Assembly (NCBI GenBank): GCA_009692505.1
Contig: SHZC01000002.1
Location: 1,581-65,580 of the forward strand
Reading direction: 5' to 3'
Origin: Myxococcales bacterium
GTDB taxonomy: Bacteria > Myxococcota_A > Bradymonadia > UBA7976 > UBA1532
Length of the DNA stretch: 64,000 bases
The position numbers and the translations under genes are program-made. The notes below the pieces were generated by a model. That model saw only the letters and a list, made by a program, of their open reading frames with translations. It was not told the DNA's origin and did no database searches. Below, piece after piece: positions 7,521 to 17,355 of this stretch (position 1 is its first letter; each line of letters begins with the position of its first letter).

Positions 7521-10232
7521 TCACGGGCGGAACGTGGTCACGACCCAAGCGCGCCGGGTCGGTGGGCGCGGCAGGAGGAGCATGGTGGTCCCCGCCGTCG
7601 GCCGAAGTGACGCGGGCTCGCGAAGCCCTCCGAGGGACCGTCGCTGCAGGAGTCGGTCACCGCTCAGTTCGAAGAAGCGGAGGTTGCCCGTGTCGTCGTT
7701 CAAGCGCCTGGAGACCTGCACCGCGTCCACGGCCCCCGCGTCGAAGAGGACGCGCGCGACGGCGCGGCTCGGGGTCTCGGCGGCGTAGGTGACGATGAGG
7801 AGGGCCCCGTTGGCTTCGAGTCCGAGGGCGACGTGGAGGCCGCGCGCGCCGTTGTCCGCGCCGCTGTCCGCGCCGCTCTCCACGCCGATTCGGTCGGGTC
7901 CGCCGGGCGGTGGCGGTGTCGTGACGATCTCACCCGCTTCAATCAGCGACACGCCCTGGATCATGTGGGCGGCGAGGGGCTGCTCGGCGGTCCACAGTCC
8001 GATGTGCGGCTCTCCGTCGGCGTCGACCCAGAACGTCGACAAGCCGGGGCGCGGCTCCACCCAGGCGTGCTCACCCGAGACGAGCCCCGCGCCTTCGCCC
8101 CTCAACCTCAGGCCCACGTCGATGGCCATGACCGGCGCAGCCGCCAACTTCAGCTTCCTTGGGATGCGCGACGTATCCGAGGCCGAAAGCTCGGCCGTAC
8201 CGGGCACGAAGACGGGCCGCACGCCGTCGAGTCGATGCAGATGGACCGCCCGTCGCGCTTGCTCGACTTGGAAGTCACCGAGGTCTTGCGGTTCGCTCGA
8301 CGGCTCGGCCGCCTGCGCCACGGTCGTCAAGTAGAAGAAGTCTCGGCCGTCGGTTTCCAGCCATCGACGAGCGCGGAAGTCCATCTCATCGGTCCCGGGC
8401 ATGGCCACAAGCTCGCCCTTCTGAGGCACGTAGAGCTCGAGCCCGGTATGAATAGGGTTCATGTCGAGGTGCAACGCGAACCGAACCCCCGCGCGCCGCA
8501 GGGCCTCACCGAGCTGCTCGGCGGACGTGGCAGAAGCCCACCCAAAGACCACGATGCCGGCCTCCGTGACGCCGAGCGCCGATCGGGGGGTATGCGCCTC
8601 ATCGAGCCTCGAGACGAGCTGCCCCCACTGCCGAGTGCGCGAGGGGTTGACGATACCCGCGTCGATGAGCGGCGCGAGGTTCTGTCGAAGCGAGAAGACA
8701 CCCGGAGGAAGGCCCGGAGACGCCCCAGACGGCACGTCCCAGACACCGAAGCGCGCTCGTCCGAGGGCGTCGAGCGCGACGGTCGCCGCGCCCGCCTGCG
8801 GGGGGATGACCACGAGCGACCGCTCGACGGTCCCGTATGCCCCGTGCTCGGTCTTGAAGCCCCCGTTGAAGGCCGCCACGACCGACGGGCGGTCGACCTC
8901 GGCGATGCGACCGCTGCCCTGAGTCCCGGTCGTGGAGCGCGGGTCCACTGTGCCGGCCACGAAGCGCAACGCGAGGCGGCGGGCGTCGAGCGCGAAGAGG
9001 TAGACGCGCTCATAGGGGCGGGCGGGATCCACGCGGACGAAGGTGCGGAGAATGGCCGCGTTCGTTCCTCCCCAGGGATCAACCCAGAGCCCCTCTCCGG
9101 GGACGCGCTCGCCTTCGGGGATCGGCAGCGCCGTGGGCGGCCAAGATGCCCAGCGCGCTGCGGGGATCTCGACGCTCTGAGCCACCGGGAGGCGGTCCTC
9201 CTGGGTGGGAAAGAGCTGGTGGCGGAGGCGGAGCAGGGCGTCACGCGCTTCGAGCACCATGGCCTCGAGCGCGGCCACGCGGGCAGTCCCCATCACGGCT
9301 GAGCTGCGCAGGACGTCCGCGAGGAGGCTCATCATCTCGAGCGGCGGTGCCCCTCCACGCCGCAGCGCGCCCAACTCGCTCGGTTTAAGACTCAGCGCGC
9401 CCTCGGGATCAGCCTCGACGCGGAACCACTCCTGGCCGTCGAGAGCGGCGACGAACGTCGAGCCCTCGAAACGGCCGCCGATCTCTGTCCGTGGCGATTT
9501 TGACGGTTGGTCAGTCGGTTGGTCAGTCGGTTGGTCAAGTGGCTTGACCAAGAGCAGGTCCCATCGTCCGGGATTGCGCCAGACATCGAAGCTCTGCCAG
9601 GCGGAGAGGCGGCCTATCGCGGTCGCCAAGAGCGAGGCGTCCTTCACGCTGTCGTCGATGGAGAAGTCCAGGACACGCACGCCCTCGACTCGACCGACCT
9701 TCCCGAAGACGTAGGCCAGGCGCGCGGCGTCCAGAGCCACGACGCGCTCCTCGCCGGAGGTCGTTCGGGTCAGGTTGACGAGCCTGGACGCGGCGAGCGA
9801 CGCGCGGTTTTCGGAGAGCCTCAGGGTCCATCGAAAGACGTCCGTCGCGGTGTCCCCAGAGGGGCTGGAGGGGCCCGAGTGGCCCGGGGGGACCGCGGCG
9901 AAAGCGACGACGAGCCCCCGCCCGGGTCCGAGCGGCGCGTCGGCCGTCTCGGCGACGTAGAGCTCGGCGGGATCGACCGTCATCGAGAAGGTGCCGAGCA
10001 GCAGGGCGGAGATCGCCCGCGCGTCGGCCTGCGCCGGCGTCTCAGGGTCAGTCTCAAGGGCGATGGTCTCGGCCGAGTGACCGGCGCGAAGGGAGAGGAG
10101 GGCGGCCGTCGCGAGCGCGACCCCTAAGGCGAGGAGCACCTTGCGAACAAGGGGCCGCTTGGCCGAGCGAGACGACCCCGAGGGTTCGTGGGCCGCGCGC
10201 TCAGCCGAGGGTGGCGAAGAAGGCTTCATCAA
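7521..10232 (-). CDS. Membrane-anchored large protein with phosphodiester glycosidase (DUF2233/NAGPA)-like domain
   Basis: 903 aa with an N-terminal TM (VLLALGVALATAALLSL). The segment AAFNGGFKTEHGAYG ... RSALGVTEAGIVVFGWA ... ALHLDMNPIHTG resembles the NAGPA-type domain. The start overlaps the upstream gene end by 32 nt, so the start is uncertain. Confidence 0.6.
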   Translation of the reverse strand: MMKPSSPPSAERAAHEPSGSSRSAKRPLVRKVLLALGVALATAALLSLRAGHSAETIALETDPETPAQADARAISALLLGTFSMTVDPAELYVAETADAPLGPGRGLVVAFAAVPPGHSGPSSPSGDTATDVFRWTLRLSENRASLAASRLVNLTRTTSGEERVVALDAARLAYVFGKVGRVEGVRVLDFSIDDSVKDASLLATAIGRLSAWQSFDVWRNPGRWDLLLVKPLDQPTDQPTDQPSKSPRTEIGGRFEGSTFVAALDGQEWFRVEADPEGALSLKPSELGALRRGGAPPLEMMSLLADVLRSSAVMGTARVAALEAMVLEARDALLRLRHQLFPTQEDRLPVAQSVEIPAARWASWPPTALPIPEGERVPGEGLWVDPWGGTNAAILRTFVRVDPARPYERVYLFALDARRLALRFVAGTVDPRSTTGTQGSGRIAEVDRPSVVAAFNGGFKTEHGAYGTVERSLVVIPPQAGAATVALDALGRARFGVWDVPSGASPGLPPGVFSLRQNLAPLIDAGIVNPSRTRQWGQLVSRLDEAHTPRSALGVTEAGIVVFGWASATSAEQLGEALRRAGVRFALHLDMNPIHTGLELYVPQKGELVAMPGTDEMDFRARRWLETDGRDFFYLTTVAQAAEPSSEPQDLGDFQVEQARRAVHLHRLDGVRPVFVPGTAELSASDTSRIPRKLKLAAAPVMAIDVGLRLRGEGAGLVSGEHAWVEPRPGLSTFWVDADGEPHIGLWTAEQPLAAHMIQGVSLIEAGEIVTTPPPPGGPDRIGVESGADSGADNGARGLHVALGLEANGALLIVTYAAETPSRAVARVLFDAGAVDAVQVSRRLNDDTGNLRFFELSGDRLLQRRSLGGLREPASLRPTAGTTMLLLPRPPTRRAWVVTTFRP
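9505..9540. repeat. 12-bp tandem repeat x3 (ggttggtcagtc), coding PTDQPTDQPTDQ in the minus-strand gene
   Basis: Read directly in the sequence: ggttggtcagtcggttggtcagtcggttggtcaagt. Confidence 0.9.
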
Positions 10233-11361
10233 TCTGCGCGAGCTGCACTGACGGCGGGCGCGCGCCCAACTCGTGGTCGAGCAGGAAGCGCGCGAACTCC
10301 ATACCGTCGATGAGAGTCAGGGTGCCGCGCGGTCCGAGGGACGCCAAGGCGCGGGCGGCGTCGCTGAAGCCGCCCGTATGCAGGACGACCGCACGCTCCG
10401 CGCCGAGCTCCATGAGCGCGGGTCGAAGCTTGCCGACCGTCTCGGCGCTCATGTCGGCCGAAGATCGGCGCGCGACGACCGCAACGGGCACCGCCGCGTC
10501 GTCGTCCGAGCGACCCATAAGGAGCACTTTTCCACCGACCGCGGGCCCCATCACCTCCAGCTCGCGGAGCCCGGCGCGCAGCGAGACCTCCGTGACGAGC
10601 CGAACAAAGGCGGCGTCCCCGAGGTCGCGAAGCCGCTCAACGAGGTGTTGCTCGACCTCAGCCTGATGCTGGGCCAGAGCCAGATGCAGCTCCTCGGCGC
10701 GGAAGGTCGGGGCGGGCTGGGCCGGCACCGCGGCCGCGTCTGCCGCCTTTTCACGCTGCCGCTCCGAGAGCTTGGTCTTGAGACGACTGCGAGCCGGGGA
10801 GGCCGCCTTTTCCGCCACGGGGGGCGATTGGGCGGGCTCCGACGCGCTCGTCAACCCGGCCTCAAGGCCCACCGACAGCATCGCCCGGGCCTCCAGATGG
10901 GCCCACAACGCCGCCAGCCGGACCTGCGAATCCGCAGCGGCCTCGGATTCGTCGACGGCGTCGTCAATGGAGAGGGGCGCGACCGGCGAATCTCCAGCGA
11001 GATCGGCGGTCTTCCTCCGTCGTCGCCGGCCGTTTCGATCGACGCCGTCTGCCGCGCCATCGTCGGGCGTCGTCAAGACCGCAGCCTGAATCGGACCGGA
11101 CCCGTACTCAGAAGCGCCAGAAGTGTGGGCGAACACGCCCGGCCGGATGCGCTTCAGGAAGCGACCGGCGTCGGGCGAGGCCGCACATCGCTGAAGGTGC
11201 TCCAGAACGGCCTCGATTCCGGCGTCGTCAAACGCGGGACCGAACCCATCGGCCGCGAGCCCCAACTCCGCCAAACGGCGAAGATGAAGCGGCCTTCCGG
11301 CGTGACGAAGGAGCGAAGACAAAGTCTGAAGCGTCGATTCAATATCGTTGGACCCGAGCAT
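10201..11361 (-). CDS. HARE-HTH-like N-terminus plus degenerate Mrr-type restriction-endonuclease-fold C-terminus
   Basis: N-terminus: LLRHAGRPLHLRRL...GRFLKRIRPGVFA (HARE-HTH pattern). C-terminus: AFVRLVTEVSLRAG...VAVVARRSS...VVLHTGGFSDAARALA follows the Mrr_cat layout. The D...(E/Q)xK positions read as non-catalytic residues (VAR instead of QAK). Confidence 0.5.
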   Translation of the reverse strand: MLGSNDIESTLQTLSSLLRHAGRPLHLRRLAELGLAADGFGPAFDDAGIEAVLEHLQRCAASPDAGRFLKRIRPGVFAHTSGASEYGSGPIQAAVLTTPDDGAADGVDRNGRRRRRKTADLAGDSPVAPLSIDDAVDESEAAADSQVRLAALWAHLEARAMLSVGLEAGLTSASEPAQSPPVAEKAASPARSRLKTKLSERQREKAADAAAVPAQPAPTFRAEELHLALAQHQAEVEQHLVERLRDLGDAAFVRLVTEVSLRAGLRELEVMGPAVGGKVLLMGRSDDDAAVPVAVVARRSSADMSAETVGKLRPALMELGAERAVVLHTGGFSDAARALASLGPRGTLTLIDGMEFARFLLDHELGARPPSVQLAQIDEAFFATLG

Positions 11362-11451
11362 AGGCGGCGCATCCTATGCGACCCGGCGGCGGACTCGTAC
11401 GAAAATCCCGCGAACCTTGATGCCACCGGAACCCCGTGCGACCGTTGACCT

Positions 11452-13737
11452 GTGACTGAGCACTCCGCACCACTGCGTGCCCCCGAGCCCATCGTAATTG
11501 GGTTCGCCCGTCGCTTTCGGCATTTCGCCACGCCAAAGGGGCGAGCGGCGGTGCTCGATTTCCTCGAAGTACGAGTCGGAGACCGGTCGTTTACGGCCCA
11601 TCTTCAAGAGGACGACGCCACCACGTTTTTCACCGAATTCGTGAGCGCCGTCGCAGCACTCACGGAGGGTCATTGCCAAAGAGCGCGCGCGCGCCTCGTA
11701 CGCAACGCCCACCAGGTCGAGCTCGTGCGGCGTGCGACCCATGTTGAGATGAGCCTCGTGGACGCCGCGGGTCGGGCCATCGTCGTCGACGAGCCGGTCC
11801 TCCTCCCTGACCTGAACGCCGCGGTCAAGGCCGCCGCGACCGAGTACCTCAGAGAGCTCCTCCTGCACGACCGCCACCTCGCCCGGCGGATCGGCGTGGT
11901 CGCCCTCAAGCGCCGGCTGACGGAGCTCGACCGAGCGGCCGAAGTGCCCCTACTCCCGAGCGCGAAAGAGGCCTCGACCGTCGTCCCTTCTCCGCTCGCG
12001 GCGCCAGGCATCTTCCCGGTTTATCTCGGCGCGCGTGGCAGGCGGGGCGGGCGCCTGACGCTCGTGTCCGGCGAGCCGACCCTGAGCCTGGAGTGTGATG
12101 CGGTCGCCGCGAAGGCATTTTTCGGCGACCTGATCGAGGCCACGCTCGCCGCGTGCCGCAGGAGTGGTCGACGGTCCCTGAGCACGCTCGAGGTGCCCTC
12201 TGGGGGCCAACTCCGGTTGACCGTCTCGCGTGAGGGCGACCTTCTGCGCGTCACGGCCAAGCGCCTCGGACAAGCCCGCGATCCTCACCAGTTCATGGTC
12301 CCGGTCGTCGCCTTCCTCGCGCACCTCCGGGCCACTGTCACGCGGTGGCCCGGCTCGGTGGAGCTGCGCAGGAGCTGGCGAGAGACGGTCGACGCGGCCC
12401 TCCGCTGGCTTGACCTTGAAAGCGCGACGCCCATCTTCGGCGCGCCGCTCTCCGAGGATGAAGGGCAGCTCGAGACCTCCGGTCCTATGGTCGCTCAGCT
12501 GCCGGTCGCCCGCCTGCACCATGTTTCGTTTCGATGCCTCTGGCGGCGGCCGCTGACGAGCTTCGAGATCCTGCCGAGCCTCTCACCGACGCCGGGCACC
12601 CCCCACGTCCTCCAGACCCAGCGGGGCCTCATCGGACTTCATACCGAGACGGGCCGGGTGGTCTGGCGTCGACCGGACCTCGGGGCGGACCTCGGGGCGG
12701 ACCTCGGGGCGGACCGCGGGGCGGACCTCGGGGCGGACCTCGGGGCGGACCTCGGGGCGGACCTCGGGGCGGCCTGCAGCGGTGCTCGCGTCCCGCTCAT
12801 GCGCCGAGAGAACGGACGCCTTGTCTTCATCAATCCTCGAGATGGTCAGACCGTCTGGACCGCCTCCGCCGTCGTCAGCTTAGGTCCGGTCGCCGCCCTC
12901 GCCTGCGACCGACAGCGTCTCTTCGTCGCGAGCGAAGCCGGCAACGTCACCGCGCTTGACCGCGGTGATGGTCACACGCTCTGGACGACCCGTACCGCCG
13001 CCGGCATGGCGCTGGGGTTCCACGTTTCGGGTCCGCTTGTTTACTGCGACGCCGAGGACGGCTTTCTCTACGCGCTCCAAAAGGAGAACGGGCACCTGCG
13101 CTTCCGAGTGTCCCTCGGGGATCCGCTCATCGACCGTCCTCGGGTCACCGCATCGGGGCTCCTGCTCGCGTCGACTCGCGCCGGTCGCTCGACGGTTACT
13201 GTCGTCGATCCGGGCTCAGGCATTGCCCGGATGCAGCTCAGCCTCGTGGGAGCGCTCGCCTCACCGCCCTTGGTCGACGGCGCCTTTGCGTGGGTCGCGC
13301 TCCATGCCGGCGACGGGCTCCTCTGTCATCGCGTCTCGCTGTTGACGGGCGAGATCCACGCCCATACCCAGCATCGGACCACGGCCACCGGCATCACGCT
13401 GTACGGCGGGATGCTCGTCTCCGTCGCGAGCGATGGTCAGGTCGAGGCTCGCGACGCCTTGACCGGGTCATTAAGCTGGACACTTCCCGGAGACGAGGGC
13501 GGCGGTGACTCCATCGCGACACCGACCCCATTCGGCCACAGGGGGCTGCTCCTGATTCCCGGGGCCGGGCTGCGCGTGGTGGATCCGCGGACGGGACGTA
13601 TCATCAGCGTCGTCAGCTTCGATCGACTCTCGCCGCTTGAGTTTGCCCATCTCGAAAACGGCGATGTCCTCGTCTCGGATCCCGAACGAATGGTCGCCCT
13701 GTATCGCCTCAGCGGACACCTCTCGCGGGTGATCTAA
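11452..13737 (+). CDS. Large protein: unknown N-terminal half, DLGA repeat linker, PQQ-like/BamB-like beta-propeller C-terminal half
   Basis: GTG start. The C-terminal half has repeated G..VW / DG.L.ALD-type blades (VFINPRDGQTVWT, VTALDRGDGHTLWT, LYALQKENGHLRF, VEARDALTGSLSWT). Confidence 0.6.
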   Translation: MTEHSAPLRAPEPIVIGFARRFRHFATPKGRAAVLDFLEVRVGDRSFTAHLQEDDATTFFTEFVSAVAALTEGHCQRARARLVRNAHQVELVRRATHVEMSLVDAAGRAIVVDEPVLLPDLNAAVKAAATEYLRELLLHDRHLARRIGVVALKRRLTELDRAAEVPLLPSAKEASTVVPSPLAAPGIFPVYLGARGRRGGRLTLVSGEPTLSLECDAVAAKAFFGDLIEATLAACRRSGRRSLSTLEVPSGGQLRLTVSREGDLLRVTAKRLGQARDPHQFMVPVVAFLAHLRATVTRWPGSVELRRSWRETVDAALRWLDLESATPIFGAPLSEDEGQLETSGPMVAQLPVARLHHVSFRCLWRRPLTSFEILPSLSPTPGTPHVLQTQRGLIGLHTETGRVVWRRPDLGADLGADLGADRGADLGADLGADLGADLGAACSGARVPLMRRENGRLVFINPRDGQTVWTASAVVSLGPVAALACDRQRLFVASEAGNVTALDRGDGHTLWTTRTAAGMALGFHVSGPLVYCDAEDGFLYALQKENGHLRFRVSLGDPLIDRPRVTASGLLLASTRAGRSTVTVVDPGSGIARMQLSLVGALASPPLVDGAFAWVALHAGDGLLCHRVSLLTGEIHAHTQHRTTATGITLYGGMLVSVASDGQVEARDALTGSLSWTLPGDEGGGDSIATPTPFGHRGLLLIPGAGLRVVDPRTGRIISVVSFDRLSPLEFAHLENGDVLVSDPERMVALYRLSGHLSRVI
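12676..12771. repeat. 12-bp tandem repeat x8 (gacctcggggcg; copy 4 is gaccgcggggcg), in frame, coding (DLGA)n
   Basis: Counted directly in the sequence. The period is a multiple of 3 and sits inside CDS 11452..13737. Confidence 0.95.
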
Positions 13738-13751
13738 GGCAGGGGCCCGCT

Positions 13752-14483
13752 TCAGACGCCGAGGAAGAGCCGCTTCCCAAACGCAACCGCGAGATCAGCC
13801 TCGAAGATCTTTCGCGCAGCCGACTCCACGTCGTAGGCCATGCGGCCATATTCGAACTGGCGTGTCTCGGTGTCGTAGGTGCCGAAACAGGCGCGCGAGT
13901 CGTAGTCGCGCGGCTGCCCGACGCTACCCGCCGTGATGACGTAGTAACGCTCGGGGTCGCAGCGGAAGCGCGTATGCAGGACTTCGTGGGCCGATGTCGC
14001 GTCGTAGCTGAAGCACTTGCACAGGTGCGAGTGCCCGATGAACTGGACCGCTTTGAAGTCCTTGAGCCGAACCGAAAGCTCTCGGACCTGGTCGGTCGCG
14101 AAGATGTACTCGAAGTCTTCGGTATGGGCCGGTGAGCCGTGGCTGAAACCCACGTCCTCGATGCTGTGGGTGTAGGGCAGCCCGCGGAGCCAGGCGAGGT
14201 TCTCCTTCGACAGGATTCGGGAATGCCAGTCGAGAGCCTGCCGGGCGGGCGCGCGGTAGTAGCTATAGTCCATGCGCCCACAGACCGCCGCGTCGTGGTT
14301 CCCGAGGATCGTCGCGTTCGCCACCTCGCGGATCAGGTCGCAGCACTCATTGGGCTGGGCGCCATAGCCCACGACGTCTCCGAGGCAGACGAAGTAGTCA
14401 CACCGCTTCCCACGAAGCGCGTTGATCACGACCTCGAGCGCCTCGAGGTTCGCGTGCACATCCGAGAAAATACCGATTCGCAA
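13752..14483 (-). CDS. Metallophosphoesterase (calcineurin-like, YfcE/MJ0936-type)
   Basis: Motifs in canonical order: IFSDVHAN, CLGDVVGYG, LGNHD, IGHSH. Confidence 0.85.
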   Translation of the reverse strand: MRIGIFSDVHANLEALEVVINALRGKRCDYFVCLGDVVGYGAQPNECCDLIREVANATILGNHDAAVCGRMDYSYYRAPARQALDWHSRILSKENLAWLRGLPYTHSIEDVGFSHGSPAHTEDFEYIFATDQVRELSVRLKDFKAVQFIGHSHLCKCFSYDATSAHEVLHTRFRCDPERYYVITAGSVGQPRDYDSRACFGTYDTETRQFEYGRMAYDVESAARKIFEADLAVAFGKRLFLGV

Positions 14484-14498
14484 GACGCTCGCGCCCCC

Positions 14499-17162
14499 TT
14501 ACTTCAACCGACCCGTTTCCAGACCCTCGATCTCCACATCCCCGTCGAGGTCGTGCACGCTCGCGCCTGGACCCAGATCAACGGACTCCAAATCCTCGTC
14601 GAAGTCAGGTCCCACCGCGTCGGGTCCGCAAGCCGAGAAGGCATCCGAGAGGCGCTCCTGGAAGTCCGCCGGATCGCCGAAGCTCACCTCGCTCGCCCGA
14701 TTCATGGCGTCCTTCAGACAGCTTCGGACATTCTCGTTCGTCTCCCGCTCAGAGGCCGCGGCCAGGGCACTCCGGGCCTCCGGTCCCAAGAGCGCGAGCG
14801 CGAAGGCCAGCCGGCCGTCCTTGTCGCCCATCGTCGACACCCGCTTGAGGGTCGGGCCGAGGATGCGACGCCCCATCCGCGCACAAGCCCGCGCGAAAAA
14901 CTGCCACTCCTCCGGTCGCGCCGCCTGAATGACCACAAGCAGCGGCGTGACGGCGCGTTCGGAGCGGATCTCGGCGAGGAAGAGGCCTGCGACGAGGCGA
15001 AAGCTCACTCGTTTGGAGCGAAGGGCACCCAAGAAAGATCCCTCGAACGCCGGGCCGAGCGCGAGCGCGGCGGGCACGACACGGAGGAGCTGGTCTCGTG
15101 ACATGCGGCGCATGGCTTCGAAGATCGAGATCGCGTGGGAGGACGCCCCCCTCGACAGCAACGCCAGCGAGGCCTCGACCCGGGCGCCGGGCTCCGCGAG
15201 CAGTGCCTCGAGGTCCCCCAGACGAAGGTCGGACAGCTCACCTGCCTCCAGAAGCTCGATGGAGTCCTCGTCGGTGCTGCGCTCGCCCGACTCACTGTTC
15301 TGGGCGGCTTCGCGGGCGCGCTCCATCGCCATGGCCGCGAGGTCCTCGATCTCCTCGTCGACCGGTTCCTCAAGCTCGTCGGCAAACGCGAAGAGCGACT
15401 CCCAGTTCTCCCAGACATCAAGGGGCTCGAGCTCATTCGGCTTCAAATTGAGGCAGACCTCGGCGAAGTTTGAGACTGCGGACCGAAGGAGGTGTGTCGA
15501 GCTCTCCGCCAGGCCCAAGTCGATCGCGCGCTGCCGCAGGTGGGGCTCCATCGACAAACCGAAGTCTATGGCGAAGCGGAGCACGCGCAGGACGATGGCC
15601 TCGAAGTGCGCCTCGGGGAATGAGCGAACCCGCGTGAGGTACTCGCGCCGCTCCGGGGCACTCCAGTAGGCGACGATCCCGAGCGCCAGACGCGCCGCCC
15701 GAGCCGACATCAAGACCTCGAAGGTGTCCGCGGTGAAGTTGTGTTTCAGGCGCCCGACACGGTCGTACTCCGGCGCCTCGAAGAGCCGACGGGCGGCTGC
15801 CGAATCACCGCGTCGACCGGACTGCCGCCAGAGGCTCACGGCCGTCTGCACGTTGGCCGCGAGCGGTTCCTGGAACATCCGTCGCGCGACAAAGGAGCCG
15901 TCCGTCTGGTGCAGGACCACGTCCACGGAGAACTCGCGGCACAGGGCGTCGATGATCGGCGAGACCCCCGGAGCGTCCGGTTCAACGACCCAGTAGAGGT
16001 GGTCGACGATGTCACCGCCGGTCGACCGCGACATCATCAGATCCAGGACCGGCCCGGACGGCGTGACATGATACTGGAATCCGAGCGCCGCTTCGCCCTG
16101 CGCGAACGCATTGGCGCGGTCGAGCGACGTGCGGACTGTTGCCAGGACTCGATCATCGACGAGCGTCAGGTAGCCGTCGGAGAGGCCAGCTCGCGTGGTG
16201 TCGAAGGTGGGCCCCGCTGCGCGTTTCGGCGTCGGGACGAGCTTCTCCACTTGGACGACGTGGGTTGGGTCTTCGAGGCCGGAAGGCGCCTCGTTTTCCA
16301 TGGCCCAACCGGCGTCAATCTCGGCGTTCCACACCGGCACTGAAGGCATCGGTGAGGGCCCCGACTGGGCGTCGTTTGAGGGCTCGCCCCGGACGGCTGT
16401 AACCTCGCTGCCTACGTCGACGGAGACCGAGGCCTCGACGCTCTCGATGGAGACGTCGACGGACAAGGTCTCAAGCGGGGGCGGCACCTTGATGGGTCGC
16501 GCCGATTGCACGCTCCTCTTGGGTGTCGACGCTTGAGTTACGACCGGGGCCGTCACGACCGGGGGCGTCTCGGGCTCCGACATCATGGGGAGCGCGACCA
16601 TCGGCGCGGTGAGGGACACGGCCGGGGACACGGCCAGGGACACGGCCGGCTCGGTGACCGGCTTCACCGACAGGCGGGCAGGCTCGGCAGTCGGCGGCAA
16701 AGTCACGCTCGGTCGGGCTGAAAGCTGGAAACGCAGGCCGTCAACCGCGCGTCCGAGTGCCTGAGCACCCACGACGACGATGGGCTCGAGCAGGTACGGA
16801 TCGACGAGGCCCGACGCGCAGCTCTCGACGTCTCGAATAAAGGCCGCGCGGCGCGACTGGGTGGCGTGCCGCTGACCGTCGGGAACCACGATGTAGACCC
16901 GTCGGAGCTCGGGCACGACGACGACGCAGGCCTCCTCGATGACATGAAGGGCGTCGCACTTTGGACAGCTTGAGCGGTTCATGCCGCCAAAGCCGTCAGC
17001 GCGAAACGCCTCGACCTGCTCGCTTGATGTGCTCGCGTTGAGCACGCCCGTATAGGTCGCCCCATAGATCGCGTCGCAGCCGCCGCAGATCACGGTGGTC
17101 GAGACCACCCTCGACTCGGCCGCCCCGCTCGTCCGACCCGTACCGTTTTCGACCGTCGACAA
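14499..17162 (-). CDS. Large cytoplasmic protein with N-terminal CpXC-like zinc ribbon, Pro/Val-rich linker and HEAT-like C-terminus
   Basis: ORF 14499..17393. I prefer TTG 17162, which has a perfect AGGAGG (complement of 17168-17173) 5 nt upstream and avoids the overlap with the upstream gene. ATG 17393 remains possible. Motifs: ICGGCDAIYG...CPKCDALH. Confidence 0.55.
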   Translation of the reverse strand: MSTVENGTGRTSGAAESRVVSTTVICGGCDAIYGATYTGVLNASTSSEQVEAFRADGFGGMNRSSCPKCDALHVIEEACVVVVPELRRVYIVVPDGQRHATQSRRAAFIRDVESCASGLVDPYLLEPIVVVGAQALGRAVDGLRFQLSARPSVTLPPTAEPARLSVKPVTEPAVSLAVSPAVSLTAPMVALPMMSEPETPPVVTAPVVTQASTPKRSVQSARPIKVPPPLETLSVDVSIESVEASVSVDVGSEVTAVRGEPSNDAQSGPSPMPSVPVWNAEIDAGWAMENEAPSGLEDPTHVVQVEKLVPTPKRAAGPTFDTTRAGLSDGYLTLVDDRVLATVRTSLDRANAFAQGEAALGFQYHVTPSGPVLDLMMSRSTGGDIVDHLYWVVEPDAPGVSPIIDALCREFSVDVVLHQTDGSFVARRMFQEPLAANVQTAVSLWRQSGRRGDSAAARRLFEAPEYDRVGRLKHNFTADTFEVLMSARAARLALGIVAYWSAPERREYLTRVRSFPEAHFEAIVLRVLRFAIDFGLSMEPHLRQRAIDLGLAESSTHLLRSAVSNFAEVCLNLKPNELEPLDVWENWESLFAFADELEEPVDEEIEDLAAMAMERAREAAQNSESGERSTDEDSIELLEAGELSDLRLGDLEALLAEPGARVEASLALLSRGASSHAISIFEAMRRMSRDQLLRVVPAALALGPAFEGSFLGALRSKRVSFRLVAGLFLAEIRSERAVTPLLVVIQAARPEEWQFFARACARMGRRILGPTLKRVSTMGDKDGRLAFALALLGPEARSALAAASERETNENVRSCLKDAMNRASEVSFGDPADFQERLSDAFSACGPDAVGPDFDEDLESVDLGPGASVHDLDGDVEIEGLETGRLK

Positions 17163-17355
17163 ATCCGCCTCCTGAGCCGAGCCAACCGCTCGAAATTCCT
17201 CTTCCCGCCACAGCCGGCACCTGGGACAGCCCCCGATCGGCCGCCGGGAGCGCGACGATTGGAGTGCCTGCGCGCTCGAGCCTGCCGACAGGGACGGGCG
17301 CGTATAACACGCGAGGGGGCGGTCGTAAATGGTGGGTCGGCGAGCGACGGTGGGC

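Noticed and set aside
6253-7548. Long 5' extensions of ORFs. These affect yicC and, similarly, 20273..21466, 24427..25449, 25292..25882, 35927..37729, 38688..40292, 40193..41740, 51257..53479 and 55492..56976.
   Set aside because: In each case the family-typical N-terminus begins at an internal start, often with an SD or a 1-4-nt overlap with the upstream stop. The extra codons overlap neighbouring genes or are Arg/Pro-rich.
12676-12771. Tandem repeats considered as a possible CRISPR array. The same was considered for 32218-32301, 9505-9540 and 41385-41448.
   Set aside because: The units are contiguous, with no spacers, are only 9-21 bp long and are mostly in frame within CDSs. No cas genes are present in the window.
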